From Anaeramoeba ignava BMAN (Eukaryota; Protista; Anaeramoebae), in assembly GCA_028826165.1 (NCBI GenBank), contig JAPDFW010000057.1, forward strand, positions 1 to 64,000: a stretch of 64,000 nucleotides of DNA. Reading direction: 5' to 3'. The position numbers and the translations under genes were made by a program. Shown piece after piece: positions 52,401 to 64,000 of the stretch (its first letter is position 1; every line of letters begins with the position of its first letter). The notes under the pieces are model-generated. The model was not told the DNA's origin and searched no databases. It saw nothing but the letters and a program-made list of their open reading frames with translations.

Positions 52401-54092
52401 TAATGCAGGAAATCCTATCGATTTATTTTTATATTCTTTAAATAAAAATGACTTTCATACATGTTTAGCTTATTTACGAGTTATTGAAGTTTTTTCAAGT
52501 CAATTCGATGCACGACAAATGGCACTTAAATTGTTGAAAAGTGTATTGCAGTTGAATAAGCTTTCATTAGTTTATTATGTTGTTCGGTTTTTTCTTCAGC
52601 AAATCAGTTGTTTATCTTTAGAAAAAGAAAAAGAAAAAGAAAAAATACTTCGTTTATTGAATTTTAATGATGAAGAAGATATTGAAAGAGTATTTAATGT
52701 TGAAGATCTATTAATTATTGAAGATTTTAATAAAGAAAACATTTTCCAAATTTCAATTCCACAAAAACTCATTTTCAATCAAAATCAAATTGAAAATAAT
52801 ATAAATGAATTTGAAAATGAAAATGAAAATGAAAATCAAAATATAAATGAAAATCAAAATCAAAATCAAAATCAAAATCAAAATCAAAATCAAAATCAAA
52901 ATCAAAATCAAAATATAAATCAAAATCAAAATCAAAATATAAATCAAAATCAAAATGAAAATCAAAATGTAAATCAAAATATAAATCAAAATCAAATTCA
53001 AATTCAAAATCAAAATCAAAATCAAAATACAAATCAAAATCAAAATCAAAATCAAAATCAAAATCAAAATCAAAATCAAAATCAAAATCAAAATATAAAT
53101 CAAAATTAAATCAAAATGTAAATCAAAATATAAATCAAAATCAAAATATAAATCAAATTCAAAATCAAAATCAAAATCAAAATCAAAATATAAATCAAAA
53201 TATAAATAAAAATGAATTTGAAAATGAAAATCAAATTCAAAATCAAATTCAAAATCAAATTCAAAATCAAATTCAAAATATAAATCAAAATCAAAATCAA
53301 AATATAAATCAAAATCAAAATCAAAATACAAATCAAAATATAAATCAAAATATAAATCAAAATAAAATAAATGAAAATCAAGATCAAAATCAAAATCAAA
53401 ATCAAAATCAAATTCAGAATCAAAATCAAATTCAAAATCAAAATCAAATTCAAATTCAAAATCAAAATCAAATTCAAAATCAAAATGAAATTCTTCTTCA
53501 AAAACAATTTGATTTTATGATAAATTTCCATGCAAGCAATCTATTAATTAACAGCCAAATTCGTGTTTTACTTCGCTTCTCATTAGCTGGAAATTTTGAT
53601 CTTGAAAAATTTATTTCAACAGAATCAAAAAAATTAAATTTATTTCAAGATAAAAAACATTCATTTGAAAATATCATATTGCAATTCGAGCTTCTTTTCA
53701 ACAGAAATTATAATTACTTGAAACTTGAAAAAGATTACAATCTCAAAAATATATCAACTGAACAAAACCAAAACACAGAAGTTATTGAAGTTTTACCAAG
53801 TACTTTTGTTGGGAATACTTTCTTAATTAATATTTCAGAAAAAAATGCAATTGTTCCTGATAATATGCTTAATACTTTTGTTGAAAAACGCAAAATTTTT
53901 CTTGAAAAAGAAATCCAAGAACAAGAAAAAGAAGCTCAACTACTTCTTGAATTAATGATAAATGCAAATTGTTATGATTATGCTATTTCACTTTCAGTTT
54001 TGCTTAAAGATTCCTCAACTTTAATCTTGATTTCAAAAAATTCATCACTTATCCAAAAGTATTCTAATATGTTTAATACACATCAAAAGTAA
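49440..54092 (+). CDS. RIC1: RIC1 (RAB6 GEF complex subunit), multi-exon, with a long N/Q repeat insert containing a frame disruption
   Basis: MFAFGKPK start; [10 protein letters not shown]; [15 protein letters not shown]; [21 protein letters not shown]; LEYLLH; [31 protein letters not shown]. Confidence 0.88.
52800..53490 (+). repeat. (AATCAA)n coding N/Q repeat within RIC1
   Basis: Directly visible. Confidence 0.9.
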
Positions 54093-54311
54093 ATTTTTTC
54101 TATAAAGAAATTGAATCCAATTTTTTAATCTTTAATTTTTTAATCTTTAATTTTTTAATCTTTAATTTTTTAGTCAAAGTTTACGCAGTTTTTGGGGAGA
54201 TTTAGAACAAAAAATCAAAATAGATTAATTACTCTTTTTTTGAGGAAATTGGATAATAAAAAAAACCAAATTTTAATACTTTTTTTTGAATTCATTTTTT
54301 TCCATTTACTT

Positions 54312-54343
<32 letters not shown>

Positions 54344-54345
54344 TT

Positions 54346-56797
54346 ATGGAAGAAAAACAAAGTTCTCCGTTATCATTTGAAATTCAAGCAAAATTTGGAA
54401 AAGCAAGAGCTTCAATTCTTCAACTTCCTCACTTTAGAAATGAAACACCAATGTTTATGCCAGTTGCAACAAAAGGTTCAATGAAAGGTATTAAGAAAAA
54501 ACTTTTTTTTTAAATAAAATTTCCCAAGCAAAGAAAATAAAAAGGGAAATTAATAACGAAATTTTATTAATAGGACTTACTTCAAAACAACTTATTGATG
54601 CTAAATGCCAGACAATTCTTGGAAATACTTATCATTTATCAATAAATCCAGGAACAGAAATTTTAGATATTAATCAAGGAATTCATTCTTTTATGAATTA
54701 TCCAAGAAGTATGCTAACAGATAGGTAAGATTATAACAATCAAAATCAAAATCAAAATCAAAATCAAAATTGAAAATTTGAAACTAAAATTCAAAATTGG
54801 AAATTAAGAATTGAAAATTAAAATGAAATTAAAATTGGAAATAAAAATTGGAAATTAAAATTTGAAACAAAAATTTAAAATTCAAAATCCAAAATTCAAA
54901 ATTAAAAATTGGGAATTAAAAATTAAAAATTAAAAATTAAAAATTCAAAATCCAAAATTGAAAATTGGGAATTAAAAATTGAAAATTGAAAATTGAAAAT
55001 TAAAAATTGAAAATTAAAAATTGAAAATTGAAAATTGAAAATTGAAAATTGAAAATTGAAAATTCAAAATGAAAATCAAATTAAAAATTAAAAATCGGAA
55101 ATTAAAAACTAAATTTGCGAAAACTTTTTTATTATTTTTTAAGTGGAGGTTTTCAAATGGTTTCTTTGATTAAACTTTCTGAAGTAACTGAACAAGGAGT
55201 AAAATTTTTATCGATTAAAGATAACAGTGAAATAATGTTAACACCAGAAAAATCAATTGAAATCCAAAATTCAATTGGAGCTGATATAATGATGCAATTA
55301 GATGATGTTGTAGATGTTTCTATTTCAGGTCCTCGTTCTGAAGAAGCTATGTTTCGATCAATAAGATGGCTAGATAGATGTATTAAAGCTCATAAAAGAC
55401 CAACAGAACAATGTTTATTCGGCATTATCCAAGGTGGATTGAATACTGAATTAAGAACTATATGTTGTAATGAGATGGTTAAAAGAAATCTTCCTGGATA
55501 TGCTATTGGTGGATTATCTGGTGGTGAATCAAAAGATGATTTTTGGAAAATTATTAATTTATGCACAGATCTTCTTCCAGAAAATAAACCTGTATTGTTT
55601 TCAAAAATCAAATTCAAATATCAAATTCATAATCAAATTTATAATCAAATTTAAAATATCAAATTTAAAATCAAAATCAAAATCAAAATTAAAATCAAAA
55701 TCAAAATCAAAATTAAAATCAAAATCAAAATCAAAATCAAAATCAAAATCAAAATCAAAATCAAAATCAAAATCAAAATCAAAAATTCAAAATCAAAATC
55801 AAAATAAAATTCAAAATCAAAATCAAAATCAAAATCAAAATCAAAATCAAAATCAAAATCAAAATCAAAATCAAAATCAAAATCAAAATCAAAATCAAAA
55901 TCAAAATCAAAATCAAAATCAAAATCAAAATCAAAATCAAAATCAAAATCAAAATCAAAATCAAAATCAAAATCAAAATCAAAATCAAAATCAAAATTAA
56001 AATCAAAATCAAAATCAAAATCAAAATCAAAATCAAAATCAAAATCAAAATCAAAATCAAAATCAAAATTCAAAATCAAAATCAAAATAAAATTCAAAAT
56101 CAAAATCAAAATCAAAATCAAAATCAAAATCAAAATCAAAATCAAAATCAAAATCAAAATCAAAATCAAAATCAAAATCAAAATCAAATTCAAAATCAAA
56201 ATCAAAATCAAAATCAAAATCAAAATCAAAATCAAAATCAAAATCAAAATCAAAATCAAAATCAAAATAAAATTCAAAATCAAAATCAAAATAAAATTCA
56301 AAATCAAAATCAAAATCCAAAAGAGATATAGCATGGGAATAGGATTCCCAACAGATCTTGTTGTTTGTTGTGCTTTAGGTTGTGATTGTTTTGATTGTGT
56401 TTATCCAACAAGAACTGCAAGATTTGGTAATGCACTTGTCCGAAAAGGAGGAACAATCAAACTAAAATCACCAAAATTTGCAAATGATTTCCGACCAATT
56501 GAAGAGGATTGCGATTGTTTCACTTGCCAAAATTATACACGAGCAGCTTTGCATACTCTTGTAACAAAGGAAACGATTGGCTCACACTTACTATCTTTGC
56601 ATAATATCCGTTTCCAAATGAGGTTAATGGAAGATATTCGTAAATCAATTAAATATCAAACTTTCGATTTGTTTGTTAAAAACTTTATGAAAGAACAATT
56701 CTCTGAAGCAAAAAATGAAAAAACAATATATCCTCAATGGATTATTGATTCTCTCTCTTCTCAATCAATATATCTTAATGAAAAAATAGATAAATAA
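54346..56797 (+). CDS. QTRT1: Queuine tRNA-ribosyltransferase catalytic subunit, 4 exons
   Basis: [16 protein letters not shown]; ILGNTYHL; LTDS|GGFQMVS; MQLDDV; GIIQGG; AIGGLSGGE; KP|RYSMGIG; FDCVYPTR; CDCFTC..HN zinc site. Introns include 54725-55143 and 55592-56323. Confidence 0.95.
55600..56318 (+). repeat. Intronic near-perfect (AAAATC)n
   Basis: Fills intron 55592-56323. Confidence 0.95.
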
Positions 56798-56889
56798 ACT
56801 AAAAAATACAAACAATACTTCAACTTTTTTTTTCTTCAACTTTTTTTTTTTTTTTAAAATCTTTTTCATTTTTTTTTTTGTTTTTAAAA

Positions 56890-58245
56890 ATGAGCGGAAT
56901 TGTTGCAGCTTTATGCGTTTCATTTTGTTTTATGCTTGCAGGATTTATTTGGTTAGGAGTTGATCAAGCATATCTCTCACATTTTAAAAAAACCGATTGT
57001 AAGGTTGTTGATAAATATCTTGATGTATCAAATAAAATTCTTTTTTCTTTTTGCTTTTTTATTTTTTTTGTTTTATTTTTTTGGAGAGAAAAAAAGAGTA
57101 AAAAAAATTAATCTTTTTATTTTACTTTAAATTTGAATTCCGAATTATAACAATAACAATGATAATGATAATAAAAGTATATTGTTTTTCAAAGTAGCAC
57201 TACTAATTGCACTGGTTATGATACATTGAATTATCAATCCAACTTCCAAGTAACTTACAAAGTAGATGGAACGAATTATGAAGAATTATCTTGTTATTTT
57301 GGGCAAGAGTGCAGAGTTTCAAAAGGAAAATCTTGCAAAGTATTTAATGAAAAAAATTTTTTGTGATGGATTTAATTGGAGATGCTAATATTTATGAATC
57401 TTTTTAATAGGTAAAAAGGTGTACTGGAATTCGAAAAAATGGTGTTTGTCGAAAGTATATTAGTTTAAAAAAGGATTTTTATGAGAAATATGATTCAAAC
57501 ATAACATATGATTGTTGGTACTGGAAAGATGATCCAAGATTTTCTACACTTCGATTACCTCGACCAAGTTATGCTTGGAGTTTATTTTTCTGGATTCCTG
57601 CTGCACTTATTTGCTTTCCGTTTATTTTTGCTGGGATATCTTCTGCTGTTGGTGGTTGTTCTTGTTCAAAAAAATGTAACTATTCCAAACAAACTATTTA
57701 CAATATTTTCATTGATTTCAATTTATTCCAATTTATTCCACATTTATTTTAATTTATTTTACATTTATTTCAATTTATTCCAATTTATTTTAATTTATTT
57801 CAATTTATTCCACATTTATTTTAAATCAGCTCATAGATATGATTATCGGCCAAGAACATATAATCCACCACCACCAAAAACAAATGTCGAAGAACCCAAA
57901 AGTATAACACTTTCACCAACTCTAGATCCACCTCCTCCAAAAGATTTATCAAGATCATCGGATTCACTTTCTTCGGATATCCAACAAGAAATTAAAGCTT
58001 ATGAAGATCGAGTTAAAAAAGAACAAGCAGCAATGGGTGCAACTAAACAAGATGAAATTCAAATGACAGACCAAAAAGATATACAAATTAATTATGATTT
58101 TAGTCCACAAGACAACTACTCTTATGATCCTAATCAACAAAACGATTACTCAAATCAACCTGGTCCTATAAATTATAATATCGGAAATGATTCTGGTCCA
58201 ATTGATTTTGATCCAAATTCAAACCAAGGAAATCAAGAATTTTAA
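56890..58245 (+). CDS. Two-TM protein with a Cys-rich extracellular loop and Pro/Asn/Gln-rich tail, 4 exons
   Basis: Spliced: TM1..KKTDCKVVDKYLD|YIVF..C..C..C..CK|VKRC..YDCWYWKDDPRF..TM2..|..HRYDYRP. All junctions are GT-AG and in frame. Confidence 0.75.
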
Positions 58246-58581
58246 TCTAACAATATCATTTATTATTTTGTTTTTTCTTTTTATCTTTTTATCTTTTTAT
58301 CTTTTTATCTTTTTATCAACTTTTTATCAAATTTTTTTTGGAATTATGAAACTCAAGTTATTTAGGATTTTACACAAATTTATTTTGGTTGAAAAACAAA
58401 AAACAAAAAACAAAACAAAACAAATTCTTCATTCTTCAAAAAGGAAAATCTTTTATTTTATTTTTGTTTTTGTTTTTTCAAAAATTTTTAAATTTGCAAA
58501 AGAACTAAAATTTTTCCAAAAAAATCAATTCAAAAGAAAAAAAAAAAAGTTGATTGGAAATGGAACGAAATCTATATATTA

Positions 58582-59361
58582 TTAATTTGTATTTTCGTTT
58601 TCATTTTCATTTTGATTATTTTGATTTTTATTTTGATTTTCATTTTGATCTTCATTTTGATTTTGATCAAAAAAATCTGAAGTTTTTCTTTTTTTTGTTA
58701 GTTTTGATTTGGGGGTTTTCTTTTGTTTTTGATGTAAGATTTTCATTAAATTAGCAAATCTTGATTGTCTAAATTATAATTAAAATTATAATTAAAATTA
58801 AAATTAAAATTAAAATTAAAATTAAAATTAAAATTAAAATTATAATTAAAATTTATAATTAAAATTAAAATTAAAATTAAAATTTAAAATTATAATTAAA
58901 ATTAAAATTAAAATGTTTGAGATCTTTTTTTATAAAATTAGATTGCTTTGTTGTAATTTAATTAAGAATCAATTATAAACAAATTTTGATTATTTTTTTG
59001 ATTCTTTTTGTTTTTGTTATTTTTTTAATTTTAATTTTGTTTTTGTTTTTAGTTCAAACCTTTGATTTTTTTGGTGTAATAGCTTTTCAATCGGATTCAG
59101 AAATTGACTTGTAGGACTTTGATAAACTCTATTAATTTTATAAAGGTTTTTTTTGTGTAAAAAACAAAAACAAAAAACAAAAAACAAAAATATAAAAATT
59201 TTTTGTGTAAATTTGTCTGTTGATCACAAAACAATTTTATTAAGTGTAAACTTTTTTTTTCCTTACATATTATTTGTTTGAAACTTTTCTTTTTGTGAAT
59301 TGGTAGATGGAATTGAAATTGGATTAGTTTGTTGAGATTGAACTCGGAAATTGTTTAACAT
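58582..59361 (-). CDS. Small 116-aa protein, exons 59361-59267, 59128-59060, 58768-58582
   Basis: Three GT-AG-joined exons give an open frame MLNNFRVQ..YQSPTSQFLNPIEKLL..KKRK..NQNE; absent from the ORF track. Confidence 0.6.
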
Positions 59362-59671
59362 TTTAATTACTAACAAAATTAATTTTGATAAAAAAAAAAC
59401 GAAATAAAAACGTAATTTAAAAATAAATTGTAAAAAGATTTAAAAAGAAAAAATTTTAAAAATGATAAAAAAAAAATGATTTTTATTTTCCAAAAATTGA
59501 TCTCTTTTAACTGGAAAATTTGGAAATAAAAAATTGTTATTATGATATTGTTTTATTTAAACAAAAACAAAAACAAAAACAAAACAAAAACAAAAACAAA
59601 AACAAAAAATAAATTTTTTTTTTTTTTGATTTTTTCCTTTTTCATTTTTTTTCTTTTTCATTTTGATGATA

Positions 59672-61473
59672 ATGAATTTTAATTATTTTTTCTTTTATTT
59701 TATATTTTACACTTTTATTTTTTATTTCATTTTAACTCAAGGTTTGTATTTTTATTATTCTTAATTTTCTTTTTTCTAAGGAAAATTTTTTTTTTAAAAT
59801 AATTTTACATCTTTATTACAAGGAAAACCAAGAGAAAAAAAAGAAATATAAATATAAATATAAATATAAATATAAATATAAATATAAATATAAATATAAA
59901 TATAAATATAAATATAAATATAAATATAAATATAAATATAAATATAAATATAAATATAAATATAAATATAAATATAAATCTAAATATAAATATAAATATA
60001 AATATAAATATAAATATAAATATAAATATAAATATAAATATAAATATAAATATAAATATAAATATAAATATAAATATAAATATAAATATAAATATAAATA
60101 TAAATATAAATATAAATATAAATATAAATATAAATATAAATTATAAATATAAATATAAATATAAATATAAATATAAATATAAAAATATAAATATAAATAT
60201 ATAAAATAAATATAAATATAAATATAAATATAAATATAAATATAAATATAAATACATAAAATATAAATAAATACAAAATATAAAATATAAAAATAATAAA
60301 ATATAAATATAAATATAAATATAAATATAAATATAAACATAAACATAAATATAAAAATATAAACATAAATATAAACATAAAATAACATAAAATAAATATA
60401 AAACATAAAATATAAAAATAAATATGTATAAATATAAAATAAACATAAACATAAATATAAAATAAATATAAAAATAAAAATAAATATAAATATAAATATA
60501 AATATAAAATATAAATATAAATATAAATATAAATATAAATATAAATATAAATATAAAATATAAAATAAAAATAAAAATATAAAATAAATATAACATAAAT
60601 AAAAATATAAATATAAAAATAAATATAAATATAAATATAAATATAAATATATAAATATAAATATAAATATAAATATAAATATAAATATAAATATAAATAT
60701 AAATATAAATATAAATATAAATATAAAATAACATAAATATAAATATAAATATAAATATAAATATAAATATAAATATAAATATAAATATAAATATAAATAT
60801 ATAAATATAAATATAAATATAAATATAAATATAAATATAAATATAAATATAAATATAAATATAAATATAAATATAAATATAAATATAAATATAAATTCAT
60901 TTATAAAATTAAAATTAAAATTAAAATTAAAATTAAAATTAAAATTAAAATTAAAATTAAAATTCATTTATAAAATTAAAATTAAAATTAAAATTAAAAT
61001 TAAAATTAAAATTAAAATTAAAATTAAAATTAAAATTAAAATTAAAATTAAAATTAAAATTAAAATTAAAATCAAAATTAAAATTCATTTATAAAATTAA
61101 AATTAAAATTCATTTATGAAATTAAAATTAAAATTTAGAAATAAATTTTCATTTGCCTTTTTCAAATGAAAAAATGGATAATAATAACAAACCACAAATA
61201 TCATTAATCAAAAAAGAAAAAAGATCGATTTATTCTCTCCAAAATAATATCAATTCCAAAATAATTGGACTTAAAACCAATGACGAGAAAACTGAAACAA
61301 CTAATCATCTTCACTTAATCATTTATTTATCAGTTGGAATACTTGTACCAATAATTCTTCTCTTGATTATTTTTATAATTTATTATTGTGTTAAAAAAAA
61401 GAAAAGAGAAAATTTAAGAAAGAAGACTTTATTACTAATCGATGATGATGAGGATGATGATGTTTTTAACTAG
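59672..61473 (+). CDS. Small type I membrane protein, exons 59672-59741 and 61139-61473
   Basis: Signal-like [23 protein letters not shown], a phase-1 GT-AG intron, then a TM helix, KKKKR stop-transfer and an acidic tail. Confidence 0.7.
59843..61135 (+). repeat. Intronic (AAATAT)n followed by (AAAATT)n
   Basis: Directly visible inside intron 59742-61138. Confidence 0.95.
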
Positions 61474-61952
61474 ATTTGCAAAAGAGATTCATTTTGAAGA
61501 AGATGATTTGATTTGTAGTTAATTAATTATATTGTTTTGGGATTAATTTTTGTGTATATTATTATTATTATTGGAACAATTTTCTTGTTATCAAAAATTT
61601 TTTTTCAATAACATCAGAAGTTATTCAATTTATCTTTCATCATAAAAAGAAACTTTCAATTAAAATAAAAATATTTCTTTTTCTTTTTCTTTTTCTTTTT
61701 CTTTTATAAAAAAAAAATGAAAAAAATTTGTTGTTATTTGAGATCACTTCATTGAAAGTGTGAGAGAAAAAAGAGTTGTGTTTTGATAAAGAAAAGGTCA
61801 TTCATTCAAACTGAATAAACAAAACCAAAAAAAAGAAAAAAAGAAAAAAGAAAAAAAAAAGAAAGAAAAAAAGCAAGAAAATAAAAGCAAGAACCTAAAA
61901 AAAAAAACTTTTTTGAAAAAGGAAAAAGTAAAAGAAAAGGTAAAAGAAAAAA

Positions 61953-62660
61953 TCATCTGACCATATCACCACGAGTTTGTAATTCTCTTGCGTCTTGGCA
62001 AGCACCGCAAGGACCACAACACCACATCACAAGGAAATCATTAACTGGACTTTCTTCGAATCCATAAGTTGATCGAATTTGTTGGCGAGTATAATATTCT
62101 CTAGGACAACAGATGCAATCACAAATTGTGCAATCTCTTCCATCAGCACCTGATTTGTTTTTTGCTGCAAGATAAGGAGGGCAGAAAGTTCCACACAAAC
62201 CTATTTAAAAAAGAGATGAATAAACAAAACAGATCAAACGCGATGAATTTTTTCCAAAAGAATTTTTCAATATAAAATTTATTATTATTATTATTATTTT
62301 TATTATTTTTATTATTTTTATTTTGATGTAAAAATTAATGGAAATTTTAATCATGTTGGTTAAATTCGATTATTTATAAATTAAACTTATTTAAATTAAA
62401 AAAAAAAATTAAAAAAAAATTAAAAATAAAAATAATGAATTTTACAAATTTTGAAATCGCCAAAGCATGCAAAAAGACTTGAACTCCAATCGTTTGCCAC
62501 TATTACATAAAAAAAAAAATTAAAATCAAAATTAAAATTAAAATTAAAATCAAAATCAAAATTAAAATTAAAATTAAAATTAAAATTAAAAGCAAAATCA
62601 AAAAATATAATTAATTGAAAACTGAACAATAATTGCAAGAAATTGTAAATGATCATTACT
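61953..62660 (-). CDS. PLAC8 / cornifelin-family Cys-rich protein, exons 62660 (A of ATG), 62499-62446, 62200-61953
   Basis: MANDWSSSLFACFGDFKIC|LCGTFCP..R.QIRSTYG..NDFLVMWCCGPCGACQDAREL. Confidence 0.9.
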
Positions 62661-62966
62661 TTGTTTTTTTTTTTTAAAAAAGGTAATAAAAAATAAACGA
62701 AAAAAAAAATGAAAAATGAAAAAAAATTTTTTTAATTAAAAAAACAAAAAAAATAAAAAAGGAGAAAAATATTTTTTTTTTCTTCTTTTTTATTATTCAA
62801 TTATTATAAAATTTGAATTGAAATTTTTGCTAAAAAAATTGATTTTCTTTCTAAATAATAATCATTTAAAATTTAAGTTTAAATTGTTTATTTCATTTTT
62901 ATTTGAGTAAAAGTAAGAAAAGAAGAAGAAGAAAAAGAAAGAGAGAAGAGAAAGAGAAAAAAGGAG

Positions 62967-63119
62967 TTAATTTGAACTAAAAAATTGTCGAATTGGTTTA
63001 ACTTTTTGAATAATAGTTGAAGACACTTTAAGAGCAACTACACAACCAACAAAAATATTTGCTTTCTTTTTAAAATCAGATTTTGCTTGTTCTGAAGAAA
63101 GAGGTTGAAACATAAACAT
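62967..63119 (-). CDS. 50-aa microprotein, Tom5-like pattern
   Basis: MFMFQPLSSEQAKSDFKKKANIFVGCVVALKVSSTIIQKVKPIRQFFSSN*; GC higher than the flanks; preceded by the TCATTTTT cluster typical of gene starts in this window. Confidence 0.55.
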   Translation of the reverse strand: MFMFQPLSSEQAKSDFKKKANIFVGCVVALKVSSTIIQKVKPIRQFFSSN

Positions 63120-63469
63120 TTTAAAAAAAATGAAAAAATGAAAAAATGAAAAAATAAAAAAATGAAAAAATGAAAAAATGAAAAAATGAAAAAAAAATGA
63201 ATTAAAAATGAAAAAATGAAAAATGAAAAATGAAATGAATTAAAAAAATTGTTCAGTATAATAAAGTTTTTATTGATCAAACTTTATAAAAAGAATGGAA
63301 AAGATTTAAAAAAAAAAAGGAAAAATTTAAGAAAAAAGAAAAAGCATTGTAAAAAAATTTTTTAAAGTTGAAAAAGTGGATCAAACTTGTTTAATAACTT
63401 GCTGGATTAAATTTTTTTAAGGAAAGTAAATTTTTAAATCACTTCCAATTTTAAAAGTAAATTTTTTAA

Positions 63470-64000
63470 ATTATGTAAATTTTAAATAAATTTTTGTAAA
63501 TTTTTAAATTTTAAAGTGAACGTTCCTGAAATTTTAAAAGTAAATTTAAAGTAAATTTTAAAGTAAATTTTAAAAGTAAATTTTAAAGTAAATTTTAAAG
63601 TAAATTTTAAATTTTAAAATAAATTTTAAAAGTAAATTTTAAAGTAAATTTTAAAGTAAATTTTAAAGTAAATTTTAAAGTAAATTTTAAAGTAAATTTA
63701 AAAGTAAATTTTAAAGTAAATTTTAAAGTAAATTTTAAAGTAAATTTTAAAGTAAATTTTAAAGTAAATTTTAAAGTAAATTTTAAAGTAAATTTTAAAG
63801 TAAATTTAAAGTAAATTTTAAAGTAAATTTTAAAGTAAATTTAAAAGTAAATTTAAAAGTAAATTTTAAAGTAAATTTTAAAGTAAATTTTAAAGTAAAT
63901 TTTAAAGTAAATTTTAAAGTAAATTTAAAGTAAATTTTAAAGTAAATTTTAAAGTAAATTTTTTAAAGTAAATTTTTAAATTTAAAAGTAAATTTTAAAG
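63470..64000 (+). repeat. 13-nt satellite (TTTTAAAGTAAAT)n running off the window end
   Basis: Directly visible. Confidence 0.95.

Noticed and set aside
53100-53520. RIC1 split into two genes or stop-codon readthrough
   Set aside because: The break is inside the AATCAA repeat; an indel error or small intron is more parsimonious.
55600-56318. (AAAATC)n as a telomeric or CRISPR-like array
   Set aside because: It is intronic, has no spacers, and the same unit occurs in coding N/Q tracts.
59816-60967. Long ORFs of IL/FD/YL/NL dipeptides here and at 17.5, 35, 48.4, 52.7 and 55.6 kb
   Set aside because: Translations of hexamer microsatellites that lack stop codons; not genes.

Overview
Very AT-rich, gene-dense, intron-containing eukaryotic (protist) DNA in the standard genetic code. 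The RCC1-BTB expansion, Asn/Gln tracts and TCATTTT elements before start codons suggest an Anaeramoeba-like metamonad; this is inference only. I reconstructed about 24 genes by hand across splice junctions: nitrilase-family hydrolase and PX-BAR sorting nexin (both indel-ridden), four RCC1-BTB-BTB genes, WD40-BTB-BTB, SAPS/PP6R, cullin-3, a Frag1/DRAM-like protein, a 2.8k-aa FG-GAP/FN3 surface protein, a MIR-domain cluster, a torsin/ClpB-D2-like AAA+ ATPase with a signal peptide, a fused H3-H4 double histone-fold protein, UBE2W, Kelch-BTB-BTB, RIC1, QTRT1, PLAC8 and several small proteins. Most notable: (1) a textbook U12-type AT-AC intron in UBE2W; (2) the single-chain H3-H4 doublet; (3) a CUL3 adaptor set in which different propellers share one BTB-BTB module and the RCC1 copies vary mainly at equivalent loop positions in each blade; (4) the torsin-like ATPase, absent from the ORF track; (5) introns each expanded by their own satellite and ending in A-rich acceptors. 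The first ~5 kb and 34.9-37.9 kb appear to be of low consensus quality.
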